A stretch of DNA of 64,000 nucleotides from an uncultured virus (IMG/VR IMGVR_UViG_3300005239_000270) (IMGVR_UViG_3300005239_000270); one strand, 5' to 3'; counted from the first letter of the stretch, positions 10,429 to 21,309 are shown. The notes: a model not told the origin generated them from the letters alone. Translations and numbers: made by a program.

Positions 10429-10448
10429 ATAGGTATTTAATATTTATC

Positions 10449-11144
10449 ATGGCCGATAGTTTAATTCTTAAAGGTGCACGTGACGTAACTAAAAAAGTTG
10501 GCACTGGCATGATTCTATTGAACCCTAAGGGTGGTGGTAATACACACAAATTCCCAGAGTGGTGGAACAAGAAACAAACTGTTCAGTATTCAGATTGTGC
10601 AATCTTCAAAGTTGTTTTTGATAATGGTGTTGATGCACGTGTTGTGGTGCCACTAACTGAGGATACTGAAATTCATATTAAACATGATGGTTCTGGTGGA
10701 TTGACTTTTCCGTATTACAGAGGAGTAGATCGTGTTGCTGTCGTAGAAATTAATGGCACAGGTCTTTTCAAGGAATATCAGTTCCCATCTATTTCTAAAG
10801 GCTCCATTCTTGAGCGTACTGTTTCTGCATACCCTTCAGCCTTAACAGCATCTGCTGTTCCTACACTTGCTGGTACATTCACTGTTGGTCAAGAGATTAC
10901 ATTGACACAGGCTGTCTTTGCTGGTGGTAATGCACCACTCACAGTTTCTAACGCTTTTGAAATCAGTGCGAATGGCACGTCTGGCTGGACTTCAGTCGGA
11001 ACTTCAAGTTCAGCATCAACTCATACTTTCACTCTAGTAGCAAACAATGCTACTAAGTATTTACGTGCTGTAAGTACTGTTACTGATGCAGGCGGAGATA
11101 CATTGGTTAGTAATTCAGTAGCATCAGCTCAAATTTCTGCATAA
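10449..11144 (+). CDS. Virion protein with C-terminal Ig-like domain
   Basis: PTLAGTFTVGQEIT...WT...TFTL...KYLRAVST Ig-like pattern. Confidence 0.55.
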   Translation: MADSLILKGARDVTKKVGTGMILLNPKGGGNTHKFPEWWNKKQTVQYSDCAIFKVVFDNGVDARVVVPLTEDTEIHIKHDGSGGLTFPYYRGVDRVAVVEINGTGLFKEYQFPSISKGSILERTVSAYPSALTASAVPTLAGTFTVGQEITLTQAVFAGGNAPLTVSNAFEISANGTSGWTSVGTSSSASTHTFTLVANNATKYLRAVSTVTDAGGDTLVSNSVASAQISA

Positions 11145-11147
11145 GCT

Positions 11148-11930
11148 TTAAATATAACTTGCAAGTAATTTTCTTTCCTCATCAGTTAGGATTTCCGGCT
11201 CGGTGAGGTTTGAAAGTTTAACTTTGAATTTATATGGTAAACGTTTGGTATTTCTTGCATGAACACCTATGTAAATGCTATCAGTAGCATAAATATATAA
11301 CGTAGTTGTTTTCGCAGAGTTTGTGTATGTATTTAAGTCTTCTGAATAAAGTGATTGTCCTATTGCATTGTCGTCATACGATTCTCTGAGAGGTAATACA
11401 TGATCAGCAGTACCTTGTGCTATTTCAGTTCGATATCTGTCATACAAGCGAATATCAACCCAAGCATTTTCGTATATATTACCTACCTTCTCATTGATAA
11501 GCTCAATCTTTACAATTGATTTTAAGTTGTTAATAAAATCAGACTCTACATCGACTGGCTCAAAATCATTTACTGGCTGAAGCTCTACAGTTGCATTGAA
11601 AATTGCAGAATTAAAAGTATTTTCTGTATTGGACGTAGTAGTTTCTATATCCCCTGCAATATAGTCATTAACGATTAGAACACCACCACCTGCATCAAGA
11701 ATATTACAATCAAGGCGCACAAAAATATTTTCGCAACCAAATAATCCAACCTCTCCCGAATAATTAAACGTATAAGGAGCTACCGTGACTTTATCTACAA
11801 TTGGTTTCTGCCAAGAGGATCCTTGAGAATAAACCAGTGATTTGCTTGATGAAGTACTGCTTGGATTAGTGCTGTCACTACCACCATACGTTTGTAAACT
11901 ATTTTGTAGTTCAGTAGTGACTTCCATCAT
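11148..11930 (-). CDS. Hypothetical structural protein
   Basis: 260 aa ORF with a TACAAT box upstream. Confidence 0.5.
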   Translation of the reverse strand: MMEVTTELQNSLQTYGGSDSTNPSSTSSSKSLVYSQGSSWQKPIVDKVTVAPYTFNYSGEVGLFGCENIFVRLDCNILDAGGGVLIVNDYIAGDIETTTSNTENTFNSAIFNATVELQPVNDFEPVDVESDFINNLKSIVKIELINEKVGNIYENAWVDIRLYDRYRTEIAQGTADHVLPLRESYDDNAIGQSLYSEDLNTYTNSAKTTTLYIYATDSIYIGVHARNTKRLPYKFKVKLSNLTEPEILTDEERKLLASYI

Positions 11931-11954
11931 TCATTAGCCCTTTTCTTTATTGTA

Positions 11955-12296
11955 TTAAAGATACTCGCTTACTTTTTCACTTCGTGCATTAAGTGCTCTT
12001 ATTGCTTTATGCTCTAATGTTCGTACTCTATCCCTACTCATGTTTAATATTTGACCGATAGCAGTCATTGACAAAGCTTCTAGTACTTCATCACCGATTC
12101 CATATCTCATTGAAATTACAATTGCCTGCATTTCTGGCAGCTCTTTAATAAGACTTCTTATGTCTTCCTTAATACAAGCACGCTCTAGCAAGACATCTGG
12201 TAACTGTGTTTCGTCTTCTAGTAAATCGATAAGAGCGGTATCTCTATTCTTTCCAATCTTTGTTTCTAGCGATGTAGGCTGTCGAGCCTGCACATC
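11955..12296 (-). CDS. RNA polymerase sigma-70 factor, C-terminal part (regions 3.2-4); 5' part in gap
   Basis: PTSLETKIG...LIDLLED, VISMRYGI, IGQILNMSRDRVRTLEHKAIRAL match RpoD/group-2 sigma region 4 HTH. Confidence 0.85.
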   Translation of the reverse strand, partial: DVQARQPTSLETKIGKNRDTALIDLLEDETQLPDVLLERACIKEDIRSLIKELPEMQAIVISMRYGIGDEVLEALSMTAIGQILNMSRDRVRTLEHKAIRALNARSEKVSEYL

Positions 12297-13062
12297 NNNN
12301 NNNNNNNNNNNNNNNNNNNNNNNNNNNNNNNNNNNNNNNNNNNNNNNNNNNNNNNNNNNNNNNNNNNNNNNNNNNNNNNNNNNNNNNNNNNNNNNNNNNN
12401 NNNNNNNNNNNNNNNNNNNNNNNNNNNNNNNNNNNNNNNNNNNNNNNNNNNNNNNNNNNNNNNNNNNNNNNNNNNNNNNNNNNNNNNNNNNNNNNNNNNN
12501 NNNNNNNNNNNNNNNNNNNNNNNNNNNNNNNNNNNNNNNNNNNNNNNNNNNNNNNNNNNNNNNNNNNNNNNNNNNNNNNNNNNNNNNNNNNNNNNNNNNN
12601 NNNNNNNNNNNNNNNNNNNNNNNNNNNNNNNNNNNNNNNNNNNNNNNNNNNNNNNNNNNNNNNNNNNNNNNNNNNNNNNNNNNNNNNNNNNNNNNNNNNN
12701 NNNNNNNNNNNNNNNNNNNNNNNNNNNNNNNNNNNNNNNNNNNNNNNNNNNNNNNNNNNNNNNNNNNNNNNNNNNNNNNNNNNNNNNNNNNNNNNNNNNN
12801 NNNNNNNNNNNNNNNNNNNNNNNNNNNNNNNNNNNNNNNNNNNNNNNNNNNNNNNNNNNNNNNNNNNNNNNNNNNNNNNNNNNNNNNNNNNNNNNNNNNN
12901 NNNNNNNNNNNNNNNNNNNNNNNNNNNNNNNNNNNNNNNNNNNNNNNNNNNNNNNNNNNNNNNNNNNNNNNNNNNNNNNNNNNNNNNNNNNNNNNNNNNN
13001 NNNNNNNNNNNNNNNNNNNNNNNNNNNNNNNNNNNNNNNNNNNNNNNNNNNNNNNNNNNNNN

Positions 13063-13230
13063 AATATCTTCGTAGTTCTGGTACTCTTCTACTGATCCTT
13101 CAAAGTCATCATGAGTGATCATCTCAGCTGCCATTTGATTAGCAGCCTGATCTGGAACACCATCTGACTTCAGGTGTTTCCAGATATTCTGATACAGTTC
13201 AGGTGTTACCTCTTCGCCAGCTAAACGCAC
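13063..13230 (-). CDS. Hypothetical late protein starting MRLAG, truncated by gap
   Basis: Readable N-terminus; TACAAT 26 nt upstream. Confidence 0.5.
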
Positions 13231-13267
13231 GGTATTTACTAATCAGACTATTACGATTGTAGTAAAT

Positions 13268-13754
13268 TTATACTGAGTACTGATTTTTAGTAAATACTTC
13301 ACCGCCGAGATCTGGACTCATACCTGCAGACATTGCCTTTGCAACTGCTGCACCGTGCAGAAAGTTTGCCCTCTCAGGTGATTGCATTACTGAATTCAAG
13401 CGCATCAATTCTGTACCAGAATCATTTGCGTAGAGTGCTTCTGATAAGCGTTGTGCAGCAAATGTTTGTGCTTTAGCGTTGGCATCAGACTGCATTGCAG
13501 TTTGACTGCGTACTTCACCCATTGCATTAGCTGCAGCCTGAGGTGCTGCAGTTCCAATGTTTTGACGCATATCTTGTTCAGCAAGACGCTGATTCTGATA
13601 TTCTTGATAATTATTTACAGCAGGATTTGATAGTCCATCGTCATGCATTTGGTCCTAGACGAACAGGGCTTGTCATTCCATGTAATCCTCTCTGCATAGA
13701 TGACATGCCTAGAGTTTCTTGTGCGACTGAATATGGAGTTCTGTTGATAGCCAT
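13268..13754 (-). CDS. Hypothetical Ala/Gln-rich late protein; probable start 13754 with a frameshift near 13650
   Basis: ORF 13268-13648 plus an out-of-frame upstream segment MAINRTPYS from ATG 13754, which has TACAAT 25 nt upstream. Confidence 0.45.
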
Positions 13755-13861
13755 TACGTGATACCGTTCTATATATCTATTGTAAGGGGATTGAATTTAA
13801 TAAGAATTGGGCTTATTTAACGTAAGCCCTCTTCTCTTTAATAACCATCCCCTAACAGTTA

Positions 13862-14845
13862 TCAGCTCTCTTGTACAAGCATCTTGGCCTGCAGTGCACC
13901 TTGTGGTGCCTGTGCCAGATACTTCCAAGCATTCTCTGGGTTGTTATCCATCATTTGACCGAAGCCGCCCCAGAAGTCGTTAGCTGCATTCACTTGACGA
14001 CCAGGTGTAGGCATTTCCATTTCAGGACGTTGGAAGTTCTGTGGAACATTGCCTTGCTCTTGAGCGAGAATCTCTTGCTCGAACTGAGCACGTGCTTCGT
14101 ACTGCTGGCGTTCGTAGGCTTCCTGCTGAGTCTCAGTAGGATAAGGACCTTCAGGACCGTAGAAGTCGTTGACGTAGTCAGCAAGGACGTCTGGGTCAGT
14201 AAGCATCAGGTTCATTGCTGCGCGCTCTTCACCAGCAGCTTCAAGCATCAGTGACTGTGACTGAACGGCTTGTACTTGCTCGATCAATGCATCTTCTACA
14301 GCACAGGCGTACTGATTAAGAAGCACAGGAGCTTCAGCGCCAAAGTGCTCAAGGACTTCAAGACTTGCGTCGCTGATCTGACTTAGATACGCGTCGCTTA
14401 CCGCTCTTGAGTTTGGCCTTGCATTGGAGCCTGGGCCGTTGAGTAAGCCTGGGTTGAAGCTTGGGGACTGTAAGTCGGCTGAGCCGTAGGCACCGACATT
14501 GCTTGGGGAGTTGAAGCCCAACTTGCTTGCGGAGACGCCTGATACGTCGGAGTCTGGTATGCCGAGTACGGAACCTGGGCTTGGGAGGGGCTGCTTGTAT
14601 TCAAGCTGGCGCTGAGTGCCTGGAACGCTTCCTGCCATGGATTGCCCTGAGGTGCTGAAGCCTGCTGGGCCTGGGCCGGTGCCTGGTAAGTTGGAATTTG
14701 GAGGTGCTGCCACCTGGGCCTGATAGCCCTGCGAGATTTGGGGTTGGCTCGTCACGGATGGCGCTGCCAATCCTGGATCGGCGCTCATCGGCGTCGGAGA
14801 GCTTGTCGGGGCTTGCGCCTGAATCGTTTGGTTTGTAGCTTCCAC
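13862..14845 (-). CDS. Capsid scaffolding protein (putative); middle section in another frame
   Basis: Q/P/A-rich N-terminus and acidic helical C-terminus; follows the portal. Frame switches near 14701 and 14406. Confidence 0.6.
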   Translation of the reverse strand: MEATNQTIQAQAPTSSPTPMSADPGLAAPSVTSQPQISQGYQAQVAAPPNSNLPGTGPGPAGFSTSGQSMAGSVPGTQRQLEYKQPLPSPGSVLGIPDSDVSGVSASKLGFNSPSNVGAYGSADLQSPSFNPGLLNGPGSNARPNSRAVSDAYLSQISDASLEVLEHFGAEAPVLLNQYACAVEDALIEQVQAVQSQSLMLEAAGEERAAMNLMLTDPDVLADYVNDFYGPEGPYPTETQQEAYERQQYEARAQFEQEILAQEQGNVPQNFQRPEMEMPTPGRQVNAANDFWGGFGQMMDNNPENAWKYLAQAPQGALQAKMLVQES

Positions 14846-16610
14846 TGTAACTTAACTCCTTACGTAAAAATTCGAGTGATCTATATAGGAACCCTGTAAT
14901 GTCTAAATTAGGATCGGATGCCAATGGCATATCAGGGATCTGTGGGTGAGGTAGTTGATAAAGACTACCGAGTAATCCAATGAATGAATTTAAAGACTGT
15001 TGTGTTTGTTGAACCATCCTGAACGGATAGCCTGAAAGCATTGCTGCTCTCTCTTCATCCGTTTTATTTGGGAATAGATACTTAAGTGCCTCGATAGAAT
15101 CGACACCTAATTCTTGAAGATTTCGGACAACAATACTGTTATTGAGAATGTCATCTGTACCTTCTTCAAATACTTCTCCCATCCAACGCCAGCTAACTTT
15201 AGTGCTACCGTCAGGAACCAATCCAACTACACCTGCAGGCATATTGCCTGATTCAAGTGTAACACGGATACTTTCTTCTCTTTTGACTATAAATTTTTGA
15301 ATATCTTTTTGATATTTTTCAGTTGCAGCTTGATACGACTTAGCATCATCACCGAATTCCTCAGGCAATGGAATCTCAGGCTTTTTTAATCCTATGGCTA
15401 CAGCAAAGGATTCTTGAAACATCTTTTCCTCATGACTAATCATCATCGAAAAAAGCCTACTTAGTCCGTATGTGAATAGCCCTTTAGCTTTCTTTTCTGC
15501 TGTTGCTGCTACACGTCCGTAAAGAGTTTTAATTTCATAAGCAGTTCCTGCAGTTCCAATGTCAAGATCATCTACTCCACCTAACGCTAGGCGGATCTCT
15601 GAACGATAGTTCTTGACATATAAATTCTGATCACCTGAGACACTATCTGGTGTCATGTACTGAACACGATCAGTTGGCTCCAGATTTGCAATGACACGGG
15701 GGACTTTGATTTGACCATCTGATGATCTTCCACCAAAGGGTTGACTAACACGGGTACTCTGAATTGAGCCACCAGTCATGGGAGCAAAGCCAGCCTGTGA
15801 ACTAATCGTTGGTTTAAAGCCTGACTCATCACCAGCTTCAATTAAGTCATGCTTAGGACGACTTGATACAAGTGTTGGATTACCAAAGAATTTTAAGTTT
15901 TTGCGAATATTACGAGTGAGTTCATCGTGATAAAGGATTTGATGTGCTAGCCAATCAAACTCCCCATTGCCAGTTGCTTCACCTGTGCAATCCATGTGAT
16001 TAAACACTTCGACTGCTGGAATGAAACCTAGTGAGTTGCTCAGAGTCTCTGTAGACCCTGGCATGTTCATAGGCAGAGATCCTCTTTCATTGTCGAATTC
16101 AATTTTTTCATCTGATACTGTTTGTTCAATTCGATCCTTGAAAACTCTAAGTCGTATATACTTCTTCTTACCTCCACGGCTGGTTGTTTGTGAGTAAGGA
16201 TCTAAAGTATTTGATTGTTTAACAGCAAAGCTATAGACAAGCACGATGCTTTCAAGTTGATTATTCTGATCTCTATATGCTCTGTAACTGTCTTTAGGGA
16301 AGTAAAGTAATTGATAGTTATCTCCTACTGGTCTAAAGTAAAATAATCCTTGCCCATCACATAAGAAATAATCAACGATGCTGTCAAGCTTCATATCAAG
16401 CATGTTGTGTTCACATACTTGTTTTATGAACTCTCGACGCTTACCAAAACTATCTTGCTCCGCATAGAATTCTAAACCTCTTCGCAGCATGAACATACGC
16501 ATTTGTGCTAAATGCGAAGACACGATCATACTATCTACAGATAAGTCTCCACGTCGTTCTTTTGCAGCTGTAAGAATTTGCTGAAACTCTGTCTGTACGG
16601 AAGAAGCCAT
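14601..16610 (-). CDS. Portal protein (putative)
   Basis: 669 aa; LCDGQGLFYFRP, NSLGFIPAVEV, FFGNPTLV, TAYEIKTLY, VSWRW pattern of portals; lies between terminase and scaffold. Confidence 0.7.
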   Translation of the reverse strand: MASSVQTEFQQILTAAKERRGDLSVDSMIVSSHLAQMRMFMLRRGLEFYAEQDSFGKRREFIKQVCEHNMLDMKLDSIVDYFLCDGQGLFYFRPVGDNYQLLYFPKDSYRAYRDQNNQLESIVLVYSFAVKQSNTLDPYSQTTSRGGKKKYIRLRVFKDRIEQTVSDEKIEFDNERGSLPMNMPGSTETLSNSLGFIPAVEVFNHMDCTGEATGNGEFDWLAHQILYHDELTRNIRKNLKFFGNPTLVSSRPKHDLIEAGDESGFKPTISSQAGFAPMTGGSIQSTRVSQPFGGRSSDGQIKVPRVIANLEPTDRVQYMTPDSVSGDQNLYVKNYRSEIRLALGGVDDLDIGTAGTAYEIKTLYGRVAATAEKKAKGLFTYGLSRLFSMMISHEEKMFQESFAVAIGLKKPEIPLPEEFGDDAKSYQAATEKYQKDIQKFIVKREESIRVTLESGNMPAGVVGLVPDGSTKVSWRWMGEVFEEGTDDILNNSIVVRNLQELGVDSIEALKYLFPNKTDEERAAMLSGYPFRMVQQTQQSLNSFIGLLGSLYQLPHPQIPDMPLASDPNLDITGFLYRSLEFLRKELSYSGSYKPNDSGASPDKLSDADERRSRIGSAIRDEPTPNLAGLSGPGGSTSKFQLTRHRPRPSRLQHLRAIHGRKRSRHSAPA

Positions 16611-16653
16611 TTCTATTTTTTACTACCTATCTTTAGTTTAATCTAGTTTGAAT

Positions 16654-17013
16654 TTAAATGCTATTGATATTATCCATGTTATCGCGATAGATTTGTTGGA
16701 AATCTGGTGTTTTTACTTTAGGAGTTGGCTGTGATGGAGTCCATGAATATGGATTTTCTCGTGAATTCCTGCCCATATCGCCAAATATATTTAAATTTGA
16801 TAAGTCAGCTTTATCTCTCATATTCTGAATACCTCTTCTATAGTTCATATCTAAAGCTGCTGTATCAATTGCTCTATTGTCTCTACCCCCCTGGATAGCA
16901 GCATCAGCAAATGAACTAAAATCTCCTCTACCTCTTTGTGCGTCATCATTCAGTAATGAGAACTGCTGATAACGGTTTGTAACGTCCTGTGTAATTGGAC
17001 TATTGGATCTCAT
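16654..17013 (-). CDS. Hypothetical late protein (may continue the upstream ORF across the gap)
   Basis: 119 aa ORF next to a short gap. Confidence 0.45.
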   Translation of the reverse strand: MRSNSPITQDVTNRYQQFSLLNDDAQRGRGDFSSFADAAIQGGRDNRAIDTAALDMNYRRGIQNMRDKADLSNLNIFGDMGRNSRENPYSWTPSQPTPKVKTPDFQQIYRDNMDNINSI

Positions 17014-17041
17014 ATCAGCTTNNNNNNNNNNNNNNNNNNNN

Positions 17042-18001
17042 GGGTTGATATTGAGGATCTGTAGTTTGACGGGTTTGAGAATCTGAATTTTCAGGAGTCT
17101 GAGAGGTTGAGGGTGTTTGCATTACTTCTTCTTTCTTCTTGTCGGCAAACTCTTGCGGATTAGGAGAAGTATTACTTACATTATTATTAGGAATCTGAGG
17201 AGTTTGAGGAGCTGGAGTTACAGCTGGAGTTCGAGGAGCTGGAGTTACAGCTGGAGTTCGAGGAGCTGGAGTTACAGCTGGAGTTTGAGGAGCTGGAGTT
17301 ACAGCTGGAGTTTGAGGAGCTGGAGTTTGGCCTAAATTTTTTGCCTCCTCTAACTGATCTCTAAAAGCATTACTTCCAGCAAATCTATTTTCGTGTTCTA
17401 CAAGGGTAGGTGGTTTAGTTTCTATAGGTTGTGTCGGCTGATTGGGGGCACTAGGCTCTGGCTCAGGTTGTACAGGTTGTACAGGTTGTACAGGTTGTAC
17501 AGGTTGTGTAGGTTGAGGTTTTTGTGCGATCTGTAAATTTGCAAGTGCTTCACCCTCTAAATGCTCTCCATCTCTTGCAAAACTTGTCTTAAGACCTCTC
17601 TGAATATCTTCGATACCCATTCCAGTACCTGTCCAGTTGGATATCTCATCAGCATGAGCATTCCTTCCGTAATGATCTCGATATGCGTTATTGATACGAT
17701 CTGCGTGTGAAGTTGAATATGTCTTCTTTACTTCCGCTTTCTTTTGATCTGCAAACTCTTGAGGGTCAGGGCTTGTAGGTTGCTGAGTACTAGGTGGCGA
17801 AGGTTGGCTAGGTCTCTCAGGCAAGTTATTATTAAGCTCAGAACCATTAGTGCTATCGCCAGGCATATTGTTAGGACCTTGGTCACGCATGACTAAGTCA
17901 CTGAAATCAGGCTTTTTATTCTTAGCGTTAATAGGATTATGGTAATAATCATTATCTCCCATAAATCCACCACCTCTGTAGCTAACACCAGAATTATTCA
18001 T
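17042..18001 (-). CDS. Pro/Gln/Thr-rich repeat protein
   Basis: PVQ and TPAVTPAP(Q/R) repeats, duplicated PQEFAD(Q/K)KK motif, RFAG motif. Confidence 0.55.
17199..17329. repeat. 27-nt coding tandem repeat, ~5 copies
   Basis: Unit GGAGTT(T/C)GAGGAGCTGGAGTTACAGCT, encoding P(Q/R)TPAVTPA. Confidence 0.9.
17464..17515. repeat. 9-nt coding tandem repeat
   Basis: (CAGGTTGTA)x4-5, encoding QPV on the minus strand. Confidence 0.85.
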
Positions 18002-18002
18002 T

Positions 18003-19136
18003 TTACAATTTTAAGCCGGATTCATTATATTCTAATTGTAACGCTCCTCTCCTTAGTAATCCTCCCATCGTAAGCACCATCGAATCAACGGCGTCATCAT
18101 GCTGTGAATGACCGAAGTTTAATAGCTCATCCTCAAGAATGTTCCACTTGCGCCATTTATTCCATACAACTCTTTTGTGTTCGTATAGACCTAGGACTCC
18201 ACGTAATCTTGCAAGTTTGTCACCTTTGAATCCTTTGACCGGTGAGCAGTGCAAATTATATAAAGCACGTTGGTCAAACATCACCCGTTTGAAGTCACCT
18301 TCAAAAGATGTCTGGTATGCCACTGCTTCTGGCCATATCACACATGGTGACATTGTCGGGAAGTATTGACCTTCATCATTCTCTAATAAAATATTCCAAT
18401 CGGTCAACATCTCACATAGAGTATCCATCTTCTCTAAGTTACCCATTGTTCGTGAGCGGCGTTGATCTATCAGATATATTTTTCCTTCTTTGATACCGCC
18501 TAGTGTCATGACTGTCCAGTCATTCTTTTCACTTAATCCTGCACTAAGGTCTATTCCTACGCCAAGACAGTCATACTCTTCTGGTACAACACCTTTGACA
18601 ATTAACTCTGGCGAGATGCCAACATCAGTATTNNNNNNNNNNNNNNNNNNNNNNNNNNNNNNNNNNNNNNNNNNNNNNNNNNNNNNNNNNNNNNNNNNNN
18701 NNNNNNNNNNNNNNNNNNNNNNNNNNNNNNNNNNNNNNNNNNNNNNNNNNNNNNNNNNNNNNNNNNNNNNNNNNNNNNNNNNNNNNNNNNNNNNNNNNNN
18801 NNNNNNNNNNNNNNNNNNNNNNNNNNNNNNNNNNNNNNNNNNNNNNNNNNNNNNNNNNNNNNNNNNNNNNNNNNNNNNNNNNNNNNNNNNNNNNNNNNNN
18901 NNNNNNNNNNNNNNNNNNNNNNNNNNNNNNNNNNNNNNNNNAGTATCTACACCAGTACATAATTCATTATGCCATTCCAACATATGATTAGCAGGAGCTT
19001 TACCCATCAAGGTACAGAAGTCTTTAAAATCATCACGTGCTCTTAGTACTTCAGGTGTAGGAGGCTTAGTCGTTACTTTAGTTGCCGTCATCAGTGCTGA
19101 TCGACGATAAGCTAATGCAGCGCTAGGTATTGCCAT
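18003..19136 (-). CDS. terL: Terminase large subunit; ATPase region mostly in gap
   Basis: RNase H-like nuclease motifs GVGIDLSAG, NDWTV, EAVAYQ, DKLAR, HDDAVDS. Confidence 0.85.
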   Translation of the reverse strand: MAIPSAALAYRRSALMTATKVTTKPPTPEVLRARDDFKDFCTLMGKAPANHMLEWHNELCTGVDTXXXXXXXXXXXXXXXXXXXXXXXXXXXXXXXXXXXXXXXXXXXXXXXXXXXXXXXXXXXXXXXXXXXXXXXXXXXXXXXXXXXXXXXXXXXXXXXXXXXXXXXNTDVGISPELIVKGVVPEEYDCLGVGIDLSAGLSEKNDWTVMTLGGIKEGKIYLIDQRRSRTMGNLEKMDTLCEMLTDWNILLENDEGQYFPTMSPCVIWPEAVAYQTSFEGDFKRVMFDQRALYNLHCSPVKGFKGDKLARLRGVLGLYEHKRVVWNKWRKWNILEDELLNFGHSQHDDAVDSMVLTMGGLLRRGALQLEYNESGLKL

Positions 19137-19161
19137 ATAGTTAAATTATCTTTCTTATAGT

Positions 19162-19428
19162 CTATCGGCGCTCTGCTGCTCTTTGAGATCGCCGTCCTCT
19201 TGCTTTAGCAATTGCTTTACTACGTGCTGCTTGTTGACGAGAGATGTCATAGACAACTCTCATCTCATTCATTAATTCCTTTGCTTTAAGCTGTCTGTAG
19301 TTTGTAAAACCCAGGCCCTGTAAGTCACCTGATGGCATATTCGGTAGTCGTTTATCAAGTGTACTCCCTAGTTGAAGAGTTCCTGCCGATGCATCTTTGA
19401 TTGTCGGAAATTCTGGTAGATCAAGCAT
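19162..19428 (-). CDS. Hypothetical basic protein
   Basis: 88 aa, overlaps neighbours. Confidence 0.45.
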   Translation of the reverse strand: MLDLPEFPTIKDASAGTLQLGSTLDKRLPNMPSGDLQGLGFTNYRQLKAKELMNEMRVVYDISRQQAARSKAIAKARGRRSQRAAERR

Positions 19429-19960
19429 TACTTAACTCGCTGTACACTTTTGCCCAAACGGCATTCATTGCGTTTTCAATTGGTTCTGCAAACTGTGGAT
19501 CATCTTTAAAGATGGTGGTCATCTCACGCATCACACGATCAGCACCAGCAAGCACAAGTCCACGTTTATCAGTTGTGCGGTTCATCTTGTCTGATGTTTC
19601 AATGTGACTGCGAAGTTCTTTCTCTAAAGCTGCAAGACGTTGGCAACCATTGTCAGCTTTAACCTCACCAGAATTGATTGCCATTCTCAGGTCTTGAATG
19701 TCTGAATGAAGTGCAGCAATTTCACTATTGAGTATTTCTCTACGGTTTAATTTCTTATACTTCATCTTGACCCAACGACTCATATCATTGAATGTTCCTG
19801 GGTATTGAAGTATTCCTGCATAAACCCAAATTTCAATAATGCTCGGTGTAACTTCTGCAAACTCTTTGAAGTCCTCACTTTCAGCAGCAGGTAGAGTGTC
19901 TAGCCATTGATCAACATACGTAAGATATACCTTTGCGGTTGCTGTAGTCTTGGTTGTCAT
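19421..19960 (-). CDS. Putative terminase small subunit
   Basis: 179 aa helical/coiled-coil protein upstream of terL; positional inference. Confidence 0.4.
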   Translation of the reverse strand: MTTKTTATAKVYLTYVDQWLDTLPAAESEDFKEFAEVTPSIIEIWVYAGILQYPGTFNDMSRWVKMKYKKLNRREILNSEIAALHSDIQDLRMAINSGEVKADNGCQRLAALEKELRSHIETSDKMNRTTDKRGLVLAGADRVMREMTTIFKDDPQFAEPIENAMNAVWAKVYSELSNA

Positions 19961-21309
19961 CAGAATGCCCTCGCCAAGGAACGACTACGGGCTGATTGAC
20001 GCCTTGCTTTTGCGGCATCCAGCTTATCTTGATAACCCATAGTCTGTCTCTGCTGGCTACCTGCTTCAGAGGTATTTCTAATAGTTGCATCTGATCCATA
20101 CATGCTTGCTGCCTTTGTTGCATCAGCACCATAATTAGATGCACCTGCTGAACTTGCAGCAACATTCTCTGATGCAGTTGCTTGTCTACCAGTGTTTGTT
20201 ATAGAAGCAGCAGTTCTTGTATCTTCAGCTTCTGCCTGTCTTGCTGTATTTGTAACAGAAGCCTCAGTCTGTAGTTTACTTGCATCAAATGATTTTCTTG
20301 ATCCAAACTTAGATGCATCAGCCGCCTGTTTAGAACCAAACCTAGATGCATCTGTTGTTAACCCAGTATTTGTGATAGAAGCAGCAGTTCTTGTATCTTC
20401 TGATTCAGCCTGTCTTATTACATTTTCTTTAGAAGCTTCAGTTTGTAGTCCTGTTGCATCTAATGATCTATCAGCACCATATGTAGAAGCATCTTTAGAA
20501 GCTTGTGATCCAAATATAGATGCACGTTCAACAGCTTCAGTCCTTTTATCTTCTGTTGCAGCTTGAGCAGCAGTTCTTGTATCTTCTGATTCAGCCTGTC
20601 TTATTACATTTTCTTTAGAAGCTTCAGTTTGTAGTCCTGTTGCATCTAATGATCTATCAGCACCATACTCAGATGCAGCTCTTGATTGTGTAGAGCCAAA
20701 CTCAGATGCAGCTCTAGATTGAGTAGCACCAAACTGAGATGCATCTTTAGCTGCTTGAGATCCATAGACAGATGCACCTGCTGCAGTTTCTGCAACATTT
20801 TCTGATGCACCTGCTGTTCTATCAGTATTTGCGACAGTAGCGTCTGTCCTATAGGTGTCAGCACGTTCAACAGCTGCAGTTCTTCTATCTTCTGATTCAG
20901 CCTGTCTTATTACATTTTTTTTAGAAGCTTCAGTTTGTAGTCCTGTTGCATCTAATGACCTATCAGCACCATACTCAGATGCAGCTCTTGATTGTGTAGC
21001 ACCAAACTGAGATGCATCTTTAGCTGCTTGTGAGCCAAATTCTGATGCAGCTCTAGATTGATCCGCACCATACTCAGATGCAGCTCTAGTTTGAGTAGCA
21101 CCAAACATAGATGCTTCTGCACCCTTCTCCGCACTGAATTTTTGAGCGTCTGCACCTAGACCTGCTGCTTGAACAGTCGCCCCAGCTCTTGCCTCTGCTG
21201 CTCCAAGAGTTGCTCCTGCTTGAGCTTGAGCTCCAGCCCTGTTTGCATCAGCGACAATCTGCTGACCCATCACATTGTATTCACCTTGAGTTGCAGCTAA
21301 TCGTTGTGC
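19960..21309 (-). CDS. 11-residue-repeat coiled-coil virion protein, allele B (C-terminal part)
   Basis: AS(E/Q/M)(Y/F)G repeats every 11 aa; homologous to the 21331-22309 segment across the gap. Confidence 0.65.
   Translation of the reverse strand, partial: AQRLAATQGEYNVMGQQIVADANRAGAQAQAGATLGAAEARAGATVQAAGLGADAQKFSAEKGAEASMFGATQTRAASEYGADQSRAASEFGSQAAKDASQFGATQSRAASEYGADRSLDATGLQTEASKKNVIRQAESEDRRTAAVERADTYRTDATVANTDRTAGASENVAETAAGASVYGSQAAKDASQFGATQSRAASEFGSTQSRAASEYGADRSLDATGLQTEASKENVIRQAESEDTRTAAQAATEDKRTEAVERASIFGSQASKDASTYGADRSLDATGLQTEASKENVIRQAESEDTRTAASITNTGLTTDASRFGSKQAADASKFGSRKSFDASKLQTEASVTNTARQAEAEDTRTAASITNTGRQATASENVAASSAGASNYGADATKAASMYGSDATIRNTSEAGSQQRQTMGYQDKLDAAKARRQSARSRSLARAF

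Noticed and set aside
12160..13095. Long ORFs spanning N-runs (also 18490-18987 and 29503-30508)
   Set aside because: Artefacts of translating gaps.
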